Assembly (NCBI GenBank): GCA_010909165.1
Contig: VJWM01000172.1
Span: 451,777 to 515,776 of the forward strand
Length of the DNA stretch: 64,000 bases
Source of the DNA: Anthoceros angustus
Lineage: Eukaryota; Plantae; Anthocerotophyta
Direction of reading: 5' to 3'
In this document: in pieces, positions 25,871 through 40,468 of the stretch
How the letters are laid out: each line of letters opens with the position of its first letter
How positions within the stretch are numbered: position 1 is the stretch's first letter
Program-made: the position numbers and the translations under genes
The notes under the pieces: generated by a model
The model's database searches: none
Seen by the model: the letters and a program-made list of their open reading frames with translations, nothing else
Told to the model about the DNA's origin: nothing

Positions 25871-27967
25871 TTCATCAAGGATTTTGCCAAGAAGGCGGCC
25901 TCGTTAGCTTGATTTGACCAGAAGGACATGCCCTTCAAATGGAGAGCCAAGGCATGAAGCCTTTCAGTTGAAGGATAGCTTGGTGAGCGCTAACACTACA
26001 CAACCACCGATTGGAAAAACCGTTCCATGTATGCGTAGATGTGAAACGCTATTGGGACTATCTTAAGCCGGATGACGAGAAGAAGCGGGATCATCCAATT
26101 TTCTATCTTTGGCGGGCAACTTATGGATCCGAGAGAAATTATTCAACCACCGAGAGGGAAGGTCTTAGCATCATATACTCTTGTAAGAAGTTTAGACACT
26201 ACATGCTTGCTTGTAAGGTGACGTTCCATGTCGACCATTTTGTGTTAAAGTACCTTGTGAACAAGCTAGATTTATCGGGAAGGATTGCTAGGTGGGTCCT
26301 GTTGCAAGAGTTTGATTTTGATGTAGAAACCGGCCAAGGAAGCAACATATGAATGCCAATTTTGTTGCCTCGAAAATTGGAAAATGGAAAATGGATTGTG
26401 GCCATGATGACGTCCCATTTCCGACGAGGAGCTAGTAGCGATGGCGGTTAGGGGAGAGGATCATGAGCAAAGTACACATTTGATTGAGGTCAGCAAGAGG
26501 GTGTGTAAGGACCAAATGTGTGGAAGGGGTTTTGTGCGGATTTTGCTTTGGGAGGACGATCTAGGAGTTCGAGATGAAGTAAAGAGCAGCATGGGTGCAA
26601 GGAGGAGCAAGGTATGCTCTTTAAGTGGAAGGGCTGCAAGTGGAGGCCACAAGCGTTAAAAAGGATGTGGAGAAACAGCAAGAAATCGCAATTTGATTTT
26701 GAAGGAGAGGTGGCACACAAAATGGTGTGCCTCATGAGGAGGTGTGTGCGCTGGAGTCTAGAAGGAGGTAGCTCCGCATTGGTGGTGTATATGGAGAAGG
26801 ATTGTGGAGAAACCACACTCAAAGAGTGCTTGCGTGGAGCGCAAGAAGAGCGTCGACAAGTCCACGGTCGATTGCGTAAGTGGCTGCCGTGAAAACGCAG
26901 CAATGTGAGGAGATCGCCAGAGCGCGTCCGGGGCTAGTCATGAGACTAGGCATAGAGATGAAGAGGATGGCGCGAGAGATGAGCGGTCGATGGCTGCAGG
27001 CACAGTGCGCCAGCCGACGCCGCAGAAGGAGCTGGTTTTGCAAGCCAAGTAGAGGCGAGGCTGTACAGACCGCATCCCTAGTGGGGCAAACTAGAGGGGA
27101 CGGCGAGGTACATGGGAAGAGGAGGTCGGGCGTGAAGGACTCCCATGTCCACGGTATTTGCTAAGCGGTGAGGTCTGAAGATTCTTAGAGCACGGATCAT
27201 GCCTAATGGTTTGTCAAGGAAGGGCGTCTTGTTGTTCCTTACAAATAGCGCCTTATTGTCTACGAGATGGGGTCTCATACAAGCTTGGTGGATGGGAAGA
27301 TCCGAGGTTGTTTGGAAGAGAAGGAAGCTACTCTCATCATAGAAGCTTTGCATGCGAGAGGCCGGAGGCCATTATTTGGTACAAATTACGATGAAGGAGA
27401 TCCTAGATGGGGTTTTGGTGGGCCACGATGCGAGGGATGTGTGGGATTTTGTTGGAGGTGTGATGCATTCCAGCGGGTTGGGAGGCCGACTTTGTCAACA
27501 CAATGGCCTCATACTTATATCCTACCTTTGGCACCTTTCGAGAAGTGGGGCATAGACTTTGTGGGTCCCATCGGGCCCACAAAATGGACAAAGAATATAT
27601 TTTGGTGGATACGGACTCGCACAAAATGGCGAGGAAGCAACAAGGAAGGATGATGCACCAAGAGTGGCAAAGTTTCTCTTTGAGAACATCGTAACTTCGG
27701 TATGGGTGTCCTTTGGGCTGATAGGGGAACTCATTTTCTCAACTCGGTGATTGAGTCTTTTACCTCCTACCTCAATATCCCAGATCGAAAGACAACTCCT
27801 TACAATCCCAAGGCAAATGGTTTGACGGAGAACACGAATGGTTTGTTGTGTACAATCTTGACCAAGGTAATCATCACTCACATGTATGATTGGGACACCA
27901 AATTGCATTCGGGCCAGGGCCTACAGAGGGAGAAGGTGACCACCAAGAAGACTCCCTATTATTTAAC
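25871..27967 (+). pseudogene. Ty3/Gypsy pol fragment (best-preserved copy)
   Basis: KPFHVCVD..DHPIFY..ERNYSTTEREGLSIIYSCKKFRHYML..VDHFVLKYLVNK.DLSGRIARWVLLQEFDF (RNase H); PFEKWGIDFVGP, DRGTHFLN, NGLTENTNG (integrase D,D,E). Confidence 0.94.
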
Positions 27968-28376
27968 GACGTAGAAGAGGGGCGATGTCGGGTTGTTCGT
28001 ATCCTCCCCTTCGAATTTCCTCGACGTCAAACCTCAACTCCTCATGAGTTTGGATGCACAATCTAATAATTCTATTGATCCTATCGACTTGTAATATATG
28101 GAGGAAGTCGACCAGCACATGGTGTTTGACACGGAGGATGAACTATGGGACTCCGTGGAGACAGATCCCTACGACCAAGCGCATCCAATATATCATATCG
28201 AGCCACTTGATTTGTGAAATCATTTGAGTAATCCACGATCTATTACAACATCCGGAAGACCAAGCGCTTTCAAAATCTCGGATCGAATCACTTGAGTTGC
28301 CAAAGTATTTGAGTACTCCATTTGATCCATCACAAAATATGAATGAGCTATGCATTTATAGTTGAAACTTGGGTAA

Positions 28377-28988
28377 ATATAGACTTGAAGATGGTTTTGT
28401 TCTCGATGATATATTATGAATTATCGATAAGTTTTTTTATTTTGTTAGTAAATTATAGTATATTTAATATTGATATTATAACAAAACATCATCATAAACA
28501 TCACAAAAATATTTCCAAGAGATATTCATAATCGGTATAACGTTGTTTTACCATTAACTTATAGAATTATCAAAAACTATACCAAAGATAGACGTGGAAG
28601 ATATATTACAAATAACCTTCTCGATCACTAGATAAAACTGTAACGGGAAGTAATTTGGCATAAAAGAAGGTAAACATAGTAAATATAGAAAGTGGATAAG
28701 AGTAAAAGTAATTATTGGGGTAGTTTAGAGTAAATATAATGGGGCATGATAAAAGCAACAGTAACTCTTCGGAGGTAGGATGGGCACTGTTAGTAGCGGT
28801 GGATCACCGACAAGTGCCCTATACAAATTCAGATGTCGCAAAATCTCTTGGAAATATTGTTTGTGATGTTTATGATGATGTTTTTGTTATAATATCAATA
28901 TGAAATATACTATAATTTACTAACAAAATAAAAATTATCGATAATTCATAATATATCATCGAGAACAAAACCATCTTCAAGTCTATAT
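28377..28988. repeat. Foldback / MITE-like element
   Basis: Same inverted arms. Confidence 0.92.
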
Positions 28989-29308
28989 ATGTATGGTCCC
29001 TACACACAAATCACAAATCTATCTTCATATATCTATTTCAATCTTACGAAAGGATTCTCATTTTGTTGTCTACAATGATTCCAAGTTTGCCCGATCTATG
29101 GCTATGATGATGTTTGTGATGCTATCTTTGCTTAGCATCAATTTTGTGTCGACAAGATTGCTAAGAGGTATTATAATTCTTTTATATGTGTGTATTCCAT
29201 GTATTAAAATTCCATTTTAGATATGTATATTATGTTGCTCTCAACTAGCTAGTTTATGTTGCGATGTGTTGTTAAATCCGGTTGATGTAGAAAAAACAAA
29301 GGGAATTC

Positions 29309-29632
29309 GGACCACGATTTCCGGTCCCGATCCCCATCCATCTCCCCATTTTCACCCTCGCAAAGCCGGACTCACGTACTTCTGGTCTAGATCCTCATCC
29401 ATCTCCCCATTTTACCCTCTGCCCGACTACGATTTCCCGGTCCGGATCCTCATCCATCTCCCCATTTTTGTACCACTTCTGGTCCGGATCCTCATCCATC
29501 TCCCCATTTTTCCCTCTGCAAAGCCGGACTATGTACTTCTGGTCCAGATCCTCATCCATCTCCCCATTTTTCCCTCCAAAGCCGGACTATGTACTTCTGG
29601 TCCAGGATCCTCATCCATCACCCCCAAATTTT
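29309..29632. repeat. ~60 bp minisatellite, 6 copies
   Basis: Same core repeat. Confidence 0.9.
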
Positions 29633-30785
29633 GGTATCCCTCCCAAGAATAAGAAGTTGGTATAACGGAATGAAGATATCTATGGGAACAATTGGCTAGA
29701 TTGTCTATGTTAGCTCGTTGTTGGTAGGATTTCTACTTCCCTTTGTGTAGGGATTATCCCTTCTTCTCTGTTCGTGGTCCATTGTTCTTATGTGCAGCCC
29801 TAGTATATATTTGTTGTGGGGATATGCTTGTGCCTCTCGATGGGGCTTTAGGAGGTGAAATTCTCTTCTTTTATAAAGCATTAAAAATTTTGGTGTAACA
29901 AAGTTACTCTCAACCTTACGGCCTCTAATGCTCGCCGCACAAGTACGAACAATGAGCGCTCGCCGTTGAGCTGAACTGAGCTTTCGTGCTAGTCGAATGC
30001 TCCAACTCTTGGAATCCGACAACGGTGGTTGGCCCTGCCGATGGATGCTAGCACATTCAAAAATCCAGAGAGATAAATCAATTCAAGAAGGATCCGGCTT
30101 GAGCATACTCCTCTTACAATCGCATGTCACAACGAGTTATCTCGAATGGCTAATAAGAGGCGGTAACTTATCCTAGCTAGCAAGCTTGTTCGAGTTCGAT
30201 GCCTGAGTACATGTAGCTCTAGAAGCATCTCCACAAGCCTTCAACCACAAGCATTTCCAGACCTTCCATATCAAGAACCTTTTGCAGTCGACTCGTGAGA
30301 TGAACATCTTGGATTGCCGTGCGAAACCAATTCAAGTGCAACATTTACATAGCGATTACTCACAATTGCTTGCTTGAAGCAAGAGCAAGGACTTCAAGAA
30401 GAGCTTAACTAGTTGCACCTCCACAAGCCTTCGAACCCGGAGGCACGCACTTCGGGACCTTCCTCAAAGAAGCTTTTGGCCCGACTCTTGAGACTAAACA
30501 TCACGGATTGTTGTGCAACAAACCAATTCAAGTACAACATTTACATAGCGATTGTTCACAATTGCTAGCTTGAAGCGTGGACTTCAAGAAGAGCGTAATT
30601 GGTTGCACCTACACTCCAATTACCAGTCATTCTACCCTCATGTGCTAAAGATGAATAAAGCGTGTATGCTCCGCATGATACGATGAAGTGGTTGACACCA
30701 AACCTTGTTGTCACGGAGACATACCTCAACATCCAGTTCTCACAAGCTCCACAGACTATTGCAGCCCTAGGCTTGGATTTTCAAG

Positions 30786-32846
30786 TTCATCAAGGATTTT
30801 GCCAAGAAGGCGGCCTCTGACGCAGCTTGACCAAGAAGGACATGCCCTTCAAATGGGGAGCCAAGGCATGAAGCCTTTCGGATTGAAGGATAGCTTGGTG
30901 AGCACTCAACACTACAACCACCGAAAAACCGTTCCATGTATGCGTAGATGAATCGCTTACGCTATTGGGACTATCTTAAGCCGAAGGACGAGAAGAAGGG
31001 ATCATCCAATTTTCTATCTTTGGCAGGCAACTTATGGATGCCGAGAGAAATTATTCAACCACCGAGAGGGAAGGTCTTAGCATCATATACTCTTGTAAGA
31101 AGTTTAGACACTACATGCTTGCTTGTAAGGTGACGTTCCATGTCGACCATTTTGTGTTAAAGTACCTTGTGAACAAGCTAGATTTATCGGGAAGGATTGC
31201 TAGGTGGGTCTGCTGTGCAAGAGTTTGATTTTGATGTAGAAACCACAAGGAAGCAACATATGAATGCCAATTTTGTTGCCGTCTGGAAAATGGAAAATGG
31301 ATTGTTAATTGATGACGTCCCATTTCCGACGAGGAGCTAGTAGTGAGCGCGGTTAGGGGAGAGGATTGTGAGCAAAGTACACATTTGATTGAGTGTGTGG
31401 CAAGAGGTGTGGCGAAGGACCAAATGTCTGTGGAAGGGTTTTGTGCAGGATTTCCGCAGGAGGACGATCTAGGAGTTCGAGATGAAGGAAAAAGAGCAGA
31501 TGGGTGCAAGGAGGAGCAAGGTATGCTCTTTAAGTGGAAGGGCTGCAAGTGGAGGCCACAACGTTGGCAAAAGGATGTGGAGAAACAGAAGAAATCGCAA
31601 TTTGAAGGAAGGAGAGGTGGCACACAAAATGGTGTGCCTCATGAGGAGGTGTGTGGCTGGAGTCTAGGCGGAGGTAGCTCCGCATTGGTGGTGTATATGG
31701 AGAAGGATTGTGGAGAAACCACACCTCAAGAGTGCTTGCGGAGCGAAGAAAGAGCGTCGGCAAGTCCACGGTCGATGCGTAAGTGGCCGGGAAAACGCAG
31801 CAATGTGAGGAGATCGCTGCTAGGCGCGTCTCAGCTGCGAGACTAGGCAGCATAGAGATGAAGAGGCGCGATGGCGAGAGATGAGCGGTCGATGGCTGCG
31901 CAGGCTGCCAGCGGGCGCCCGCAGGAAGGAGCTGGTTTTGCAAGCGAGAGGCGCATGTGGCCAGAAGACATCCCTAGTGGGCAAACTAGAGGGGGACGCG
32001 AGTGTACATGGGAAGAGGAGGTCGGAGTGAAGGACTCCCATGTCCACAGATTTGCAAAGCGGTGAGGTCTGAAGATTCTTAGAGCACGGATCATGCCTAA
32101 TGGTTTGTCAAGGGAAGGGCGTCTGTTGTTCCTCACAAAAGCGCTTATTGTCTGAGATGGGGTCTCATACAAGCTTGGTGGATGGGAAGATCCGAGGTTG
32201 TTTGGAAGAGAAGGAAGCTACTCATCATAGAAGCTTTGCATGCGAAGAGGCCGGAGGCCATTATTTGGTACAAATTACGATGAAGGAGATCCTAGATGGG
32301 GTTTTGGTGGGCCACGATGCGAGGGATGTGTGGGATTTTGTTCGAGGTGTGATGCATTCCAAGCGGGTTGGGAGGCCGACTTTGTCAACACAATGGCCTC
32401 ATATATCCTACCTTTGGCACCTTTCGAAGTGGGGCATAGACTTTGTGGGTCCCATCAGCCGCCCACAAAATGGACAAGCAATATATTTTGGTGGATACGG
32501 ACTCGCACAAAATGGCGAGGCCAAGCAACAAGGAAGGATGATGCACCAAGAGTGGCAAAGTTTCTCTTTGAGAACATCGTAACTTCGATGGGTGTCCTTT
32601 GAGTCGGCCGATAGGGGAACTCATTTTCTCAACTCGGTGATTGAGTCTTTACCTCCTACCTCAATATCCGATCGAAGACAACTCCTTACAATCCCAAGGC
32701 AAATGGTTTGACGGAGAACACGAATGGTTTTGTTGTGTACAATCTTGACCAAGGTAATCACTCACATGTATGATTGGGACACCAAATTGCATCTGGGCCA
32801 TCTGTGATGGGAGAAGGTGACCACCAAGAAGACTCCTATTATTTAA
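30786..32846 (+). pseudogene. Ty3/Gypsy pol fragment
   Basis: AERNYSTTEREG; EAGGHY; KWGIDFVGP. Confidence 0.9.
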
Positions 32847-33251
32847 TGTACGAGAAGAGGGGCACGATGTCGGGTTGTTCAGTATCCTCCCCTTAATTTC
32901 CCTTGACGTCAAACCTCAACTCCTCATGAGTTTGGATGCACAATCTTAACTCTATTGATCCTATCGACTTGTAATATATGGAGGAAGTCGATACATGGTG
33001 TTTGACACGGAGGATGAACTAGGGGACTCCGTGGAGACAGAGATCCCTCCCAAGCGCATCAATATATCATATCGAACCACTTGATTTGTGAAATCATTTG
33101 AGTAATCCACCGATCTATTACAACATCCGGAAGACCAAGCGCTTTCAAAATCTCGGATCGAATCACTTGAGTTGCCAAAGTATTTGAGTACTCCATTTGA
33201 TCCATCACAAAATATGAATGAGCTATGCATTTATAGTTGAAACTTGGGTAA

Positions 33252-33844
33252 ATATAGACTTGAAGATGGTTTTGTTCTCGATATATTATGAATTATCGAT
33301 AAGTTTTTTTATTTTGTTAGTAATTATAGTATATTTAATATTGATATTAACAAAAACATCATCATAAACATCACAAAATATTTCCAAGAGATATTAGCGC
33401 ATAATCGGTATAACGTTGTTTTACCATTAACTTATAGAATTATCAAAAACTATACCAAAGATAGACGTGGAAGATATATTACAAATAACCTTCTCGATCA
33501 CTAGATAAAACTGTAAGGAAGTAATTTGGCATAAAAGAAGGTAAACATAGTAAATATAGAAAGTGGATAAGAGTAAAAGTAATTATTAGTAGTTTAGGGT
33601 AAATATAATGGGGCATGATAGAAAACAAGAACTCTTGGAGGTAGGATGGGCATCAGCAGAGCGGTGGATCACCGACAAGTGCCCAGATAATTCATGTCGC
33701 AAAATCTCTTGGAAATATTGTTTGTGATGTTTATGATGATGTTTTTGTTATAATATCAATATGAAATATACTATAATTTACTAACAAAATAAAAATTATC
33801 GATAATTCATATATCATCGAACAAAACCATCTTCAAGTCTATAT
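33252..33844. repeat. Foldback / MITE-like element
   Basis: Same inverted arms. Confidence 0.92.
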
Positions 33845-34156
33845 ATGTATGGTCACACACAAATCACAAATCTATCTTCATATATCTATTTCAATCTTAC
33901 GAAAGGATTCTCATTTTGTTGTCTACAATGATTCCAAGTTTGCGATCTATGGCTATGATGATGTTTGTGATGCTATCTTTGCTTAGCATCAATTTTGTGC
34001 TAAGATTGCTAAGAGGTATTATAATTCTTTTATATGTGTGTATTCCATGTATTAAAATTCCATTTTAGATATGTATATTATGTTGCTCTCAACTAGCTAG
34101 TTTATGTTTGATGTGTTGTTAAATCACATGGTTGATGTAGAAAACAAAGGGAATTC

Positions 34157-34483
34157 GGACTACGTACTTCCCTGGTCCCGATCCCCATCCATCTCCCCAT
34201 TTTCACCCTCCGCAGGGACTACGACTTCACGGTCTAGATCCTCATCCATCTCCCCATTTTACCCTCTTGCAGGACTACGTGCTTCTCGGTCCATCCATCT
34301 CCCCATTTCCCTCTGCAAAGCCGGACTACGTACTTCGGTCGGATCCTCATCCATCTCCCCATTTTTCCCTCTCTGCAAGCGGACTATGCATTCTGGTCAG
34401 GATCCTCATCCATCTCCCCATTTTTCCCTCTGCAGGACTATGTACTTCACGGTCCGGATCCTCATCCATCACCCCCAAATTTT
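34157..34483. repeat. ~60 bp minisatellite, 6 copies
   Basis: Same core repeat. Confidence 0.9.
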
Positions 34484-35593
34484 GGTATCCTCCCAAGAAT
34501 AAGAAGTTGGTATAAGGGAGCAGAATGAAGATATCTATGGGAGCATAATTGGCTAGATTGTCTATGTTAGCTACGGTTGTTGGTAGGGATTTCTACTTCC
34601 CTTTGTGTAGGGATTGTTATCCCTTCTTCTCTGCTTCTGATGTCTTATGCAGCCCTAGTATATATTTGTTGTGGGGATATGCTTGTGCCTCTCGATGGGG
34701 CTTTAGGAGGTGAAATTCTCTTCTTTTATAAAGCATTAAAATTTTGGTGTAACAAAAGTTACTCTCAACCTTACGGTCTTGCTGCAATCACGAACAAATG
34801 AGCGCTCGCTTCGTGAATGGATTGAGCCGTACCGTGCTTAGTCGAATGCTCCAACTCTTGGAATCCAACGGTGTGGTTGGCGTCAGGATGGATGCTAGCA
34901 CATTCAAAAATCCAGAGAGATAAATCAATTCAAGAAGGATCGCTTGAGGCATACTCCTCTTACAATCGCATGTCACAACGAAGTTATCCGAATGGCTAAT
35001 AAGAGGCGGTAACTTATCCTAGCTAGCTTGTTCGAGTTCACATCAGTACATGTAGCTCAGAAGCATCTCCACAAGCCTTCACGAACCACAAGCATTTCCG
35101 GGACCTTCCATATCAAGAACCTTTTGCAGTCGATCAGATCATCTTGGATCTGAAACCAATTCAAGTGCAACATTTACATAGCGATTACTCACAATTGCTT
35201 GCTTGAAGCAAGAGCAAGGACTTCAAGAAGAGCTTAACTAGTTGCACCTCCACAAGCCTTCCAACGAGGCACGCCGTGGACCTCAAGAAGCTTTTGGTCG
35301 ACTCTTGAGACTAAACATCCTGGATTGTGCAACAAACCAATTCAAGTACATTTACATTGTTCACAATTGCTAGCTTGCCAAGAGCAGGGGACTTCAAGAA
35401 GAGCGTAATTGGTTGCACCTACACTCCAATTACAGTCATTCTACCCTCATGTGCAAGCTAAAGATGAATAAAGCGTGTATGCTCATGATACAATGATGAA
35501 GTGGTTGACACCAAACCTTGTTGTCACGGAGACATACCTCAACATCCAGTTCTCACAAGCTGCCGGTTGCTATTCTAGGCTTGGATTTTCAAG

Positions 35594-37639
35594 TTCATCA
35601 AGTTTTGCCAAGAAGGCGGCCTCGTTGTGTGATTGACCAAGAAGGACATGCCCTTCAAATGGCCGAGCCAAGGCATGAAGCCTTTCCTGATTGAAGGATA
35701 GCTTGGTGAGCGCACCAACACTACAACCACCTGATTGGGAAAAACCGTTCCATGTGTAATGCGATAGATGTGCCGCTATTGGGACTATCTTAAGCGATAA
35801 GGACGAAGCGGGATCATCAATTTTCTATGGCGGGCAACTTATGGATCTTTGAGAAATTATTCAACCAGGAGGAAGGTCTTAGCATCATATACTCTTGTAA
35901 GAAGTTTAGACACTACATGCTTGCTTGTAAGGTGGCGTTCCATGTCGACCATTTTGTGTTAAAGTACCTTGTGAACAAGCTAGATTTATCGGGAAGGATT
36001 GCTAGGTGGGTCTTGTCGCAAGAGTTTGATTTTGATGTAGAAACCAGGCCAAGGAAGCAATATATGAATGCCAATTTTGTTGCCCGTCTAAAATTGGAAA
36101 ATGGAAAATGGATTGTGGCCACTGATGACGTCCCATTTCGAGGAGCTAATGTGAGCGGTTAGGGGAGAGGATCATGAGCAAAGTACACATTTGATTGGTA
36201 ATGGCAGAGAGGTGTTGCAAAGGATGACCAAATATGCTCTGTGGAAGGGGTTTTGTGTGGGATTTTGCCGCGAGGACGATCTAGGAGTTCGAGATGAAGT
36301 AAAAGAGCAGCAACATGGGTGCAAGGAGGAGCAAGGTATGTCTTTAAGTGGAAGGGCTGCAAGTGGAGGCCTAGCTTGGCAAAAGGATGTGGAGAAACAA
36401 ATAAGAAATCGCAATTTGAAGGAAGGAGAGGTCACAAAAATGGTGTGCCTCATGAGGAGGTGTGCGTCTGGAGTCTAGAAGCGGAGGTAGCTCCGCATTG
36501 GTGAGATATGGAAGGATTGTGGAGAAACCACACTTGAAGAGTGCTTGCGGTGGAGTCAAGAAGAGCGTCAAGTCCACGGTCGATTGCGTGAAGTGGGCGC
36601 CAGGAAAAGCAGCAATGTGAGGAGATCGCCAGAGCGCGTCCGGGCTAGCCATGAGACTGGCAGCATAGAGATGAAGGCGGCGATGGGCGAGAGATGGCGG
36701 TCGATGGCATGAAGTGCCAGCAGTCGCTTTGCGAGAAGGAGCTGGTTTTACAAGCCAAGTAGAGGCTAGGCCACACCGACATCCCTAGTGGGCAAACCAG
36801 AGGGGGGCGAGGTGTACATGGGAAGAGGAGGGTCGGCGTGAAGGACTCCCATGTCCGCGGTATTTGCTAAGCTGAGGTACTGAAGATTCTTAGAGCAACG
36901 GGATCATGCCTAATGGTTTGTCAAGGAAGGCGTCTTGTTCCCTAAAAGCTAGCGCCTTATTGTCCTACGAGATGGGGTCTCATACAAGCATCGGATGGGA
37001 AGATCCAGGTTGTTTGGAAGAAGGAAGCTACTCATCATAGAAGCTTTCTAAGAGGCCGGAGGCCATTATTTGGTACAAATTACGATGAAGGAGATCCTAG
37101 ATGGTTTTGGTGGGCCACGATGCGAGAGGATGTGGATTTTGTTCGAGGTGTGATGCATTCCAACGGGTTGGGAGGCCGACTGTCAACACAATGGCCTCAT
37201 ACTTATATCCTACCTTTGGCACCTTTAGGAAGTGGGGCATAGACTTTGTGGGTCCCATCAGCCGCCACAAAATGGACAAGGCGAATATATTTTGGTGGAT
37301 ACGGACTCGCACAAAATGGCGAAAGCAACAAGGAAGGATGATGCACCGGGTGGCAAAGTTTCTCTTTGAGAACATAGTAATTCGGTATGGGTGTCCTTTG
37401 GGTGACGATAGGGGAACTCATTTTCTCAACTCGGTGATTGAGTCTTTTACCTCCTACCTCAATATCAGAGCATCGAAGACAACTCCTTACAATCCAAGGC
37501 AAATGGTTTTGTGGAGAACACGAATGGTTTGTTGTGTACAATCTTGACCAAGGTAATACCACATGTATGATTGGGACACCAAATTTATTTTGTGGGCCTA
37601 CGGTGGAGAAGGTGACCACCAAGAAGACTATTATTTAAC
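35594..37639 (+). pseudogene. Ty3/Gypsy pol fragment
   Basis: KKFRHYML..SGRIARWV..QEFDF; VAKFLFENIVIRYGCP..DRGTHFLN. Confidence 0.9.
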
Positions 37640-38050
37640 GCGTGGAAGAGGGGCGATGTCGGGTTGTTCGTATCCTCCCCTTGAATTTCCCTTGACGTCA
37701 AACCTCAACTCCTCATGAGTTTACGGATGCACAATCTTAACAACTCTATTGATCCTACTTGTAATATATGGAGGAAGTCGACCGGCACATGGTGTTTGAC
37801 TGGAGGATGAACTAGCCGGGACTCCGTGGAGACAGAGATCCCTACGACCAAGCGCATCCAATATATCATATCGAGCCACTTGATTTGTGAAATCATTTGA
37901 GTAATCCACTGATCTATTACAACATCACGGAAGACCAAGCGCTTTCAAAATCTCGATCGAATCACTTGAGTTGCCAAAGTATTTGAGTACTCCATTTGAT
38001 CCATCACAAAATATGAATGAGCTATGCATTTATAGTTGAAACTTGGGTAA

Positions 38051-38643
38051 ATATAGACTTGAAGATGGTTTTGTTCTCATGATATATTATGAATTATCGA
38101 TAAGTTTTTTTATTTTGTTAGTAAATTATAGTATATTTAATATTGATATTATAACAAAACATCATCATAAACATCACAAAAATATTTCCAAGAGATATTG
38201 CAATCGTATAACGTTGTTTCCATTAACTTATAGAATTATCAAAAACTATACCAAAGATAGAGCGTAAGGAAGTTATATAAATAACCTTCTCGATCACTAG
38301 ATAAAAGCATGGAAGTAATTTGGCATAAAAGAAGGTAAACATAGTAAATATAGAAAGTGGATAAGAGTAAAAGTAATTATTGGGGTAGTTTAGGTAAATA
38401 TAATGGGGCATGATAGAAGCAAGCAAAGAACTCTTAGTAGGATGGAGCTCTTAGTAGCGGTGGATCACATGCCCTATAAAAATTCAGATGTCGAAAATCT
38501 CTTGGAAATATTGTTTGTGATGTTTATGATGATGTTTTGTTATAATATCAATATGAAATATACTATAATTTACTAACAAAATAAAAAAAATTATCGATAA
38601 TTCATAATATATCATCGAGAACAAAACCATCTTCAATCTATAT
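38051..38643. repeat. Foldback / MITE-like element
   Basis: Same inverted arms. Confidence 0.92.
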
Positions 38644-38956
38644 ATGTATGGTCTACACAAATCACAAATCTATCTTCATATATCTATTTCAATCTTACGA
38701 AAGGATTCTCATTTTGTTGTCTAATGATTCAAGTTTCGTTGATCTATGGCTATGATGATGTTTGTGATGCTATCTTTGCTTAGCATCAATTTTGTGTCAC
38801 AAGATTGCTAAGAGGTATATAATTCTTTTATATGTGTATTCCATGTATTAAAATTCCATTTTAGATATGTATATTATGCTTGCTCTCAACTAGCTAGTTT
38901 ATGTTGTGATGTGTTGTTAAATCACTGTGGTTGATGTAGAAAAAACAAAGGAATTC

Positions 38957-39287
38957 GGACTACATTTGGTCCGATCCCCATCCATCTCCCCATTTTCACC
39001 CTCTGCAAGTGGACTCGCATTTCTGGTCTAGATCCTCATCCATCTCCCCATTTTACCGCAGCCGGACTACGTACTTCCTGGTCGGATCCTCATCCATCTC
39101 CCCATTTTTCCCTCTCAGCGGACTCGCATACTTCCCGGTCCAGGATCCTCATCCATCTCCCCATTTTTCCCTCTGCAAGCCGGACTATGTACTTCTGGTC
39201 CGGATCCTCATCCATCTCCCCATTTTTTCCCTCTGCAAAGCGGACTATGTACTTCGGTCGGATCCTCATCCATCACCCCCAAATTTT
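38957..39287. repeat. ~60 bp minisatellite, 6 copies
   Basis: Same core repeat. Confidence 0.9.
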
Positions 39288-40468
39288 GGTATCCTCCCAA
39301 GAATAAGAAGTTGGTATAAGGGAACATGAATGAAGATATCTATGGGAGCATAATTGGCTAGATTGTCTAGCTACGGTTGTTGGTAGGAGTTTCTACTTCC
39401 TTTGTGTAGGGATTGTTATCCCTTCTTCTCCTGCTTTGTTCTGCTTATGTGCAGCCCTAGTATATATTTGTTGTGGGGATATGCTTGTGCCTCTCGATGG
39501 GGCTTTAGGAGGTGAAATTCTCTTCTTTTTATAAAGCATTAAAAATTTGGTGTAACAAAAGTTACTCTCAACCTCACGGTCTCTAATGCTCATTTGGCAA
39601 TCTAACAATGAGCGATCGCTGAGCAGGAACGGTCTTTGCGGCCTTGCTAGTCGAATGCTCCAACTCTTGGAATCCACAACAGCGGTGGTTGGCGTCTACT
39701 TGAGATGGATGCTAGCACATTCAAAAATCCAGGAGAGATAAATCAATTCAAGAAGGATCCGGCGAGCATACCTCTCATAATCGCATGTCACAACGGAGTT
39801 ATCCGAATGGCTAATAAGAGCGGTAACTTATCCTAGCTAGCAAGCTTGTCGAGTTCGATGTGTGCACGAGTACATGTAGCTCTAGAAGCATCTCCACAAG
39901 CCTTCAACCACAAGCATTTCCGAGGACCTTCCATATCAAGAACCTTTTGCGGTCGACTCGTGAGATCAACATCTTGGATTGTCGCAAAGAAACCAATTCA
40001 AGTGCAACATTTACATAGCGATTACTCACAATTGCTTGCTTGAAGCAAGAGCAAGGACTTCAAAGAAGAGCCCAACTAGTTGCACCTCCACAAGCCTTCG
40101 ACCAGGAGGCACGCACTTCCAGGACCTTCCTCGTCAAGAAGCTTTTGCGATCGACTTGAGACTAAACATCCCGGATTGTTGTGCAACAAACCAATTCAAG
40201 TACAACATTTACATAGCGATTGTTCACAATTGCTAGCTTGAAGCAAGAGGGGGACTTCAAAGAAGAGCGTAATTGGTTGCACCTACACTCCAATTACAGT
40301 CATTCTACCCTCATGTGCAAGCTAAAGATGAATAAAGCGTGTAGGCTCGTGCATGATACATGATGCTTGACAGTTGACCAAACCTTGTTGTCACGGAGAC
40401 ATACCTCAACATCCAGTTCTCACAAGGCTCGCTGCACTTGGCTGCAGCCCTAGGCTTGGATTTTCAAG

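Noticed and set aside
26380-27180. Additional (archaeal-type) RNase H as in Tat/Ogre elements
   Set aside because: No FDG..G.G or NN.AEY motif seen in the translated fragments.
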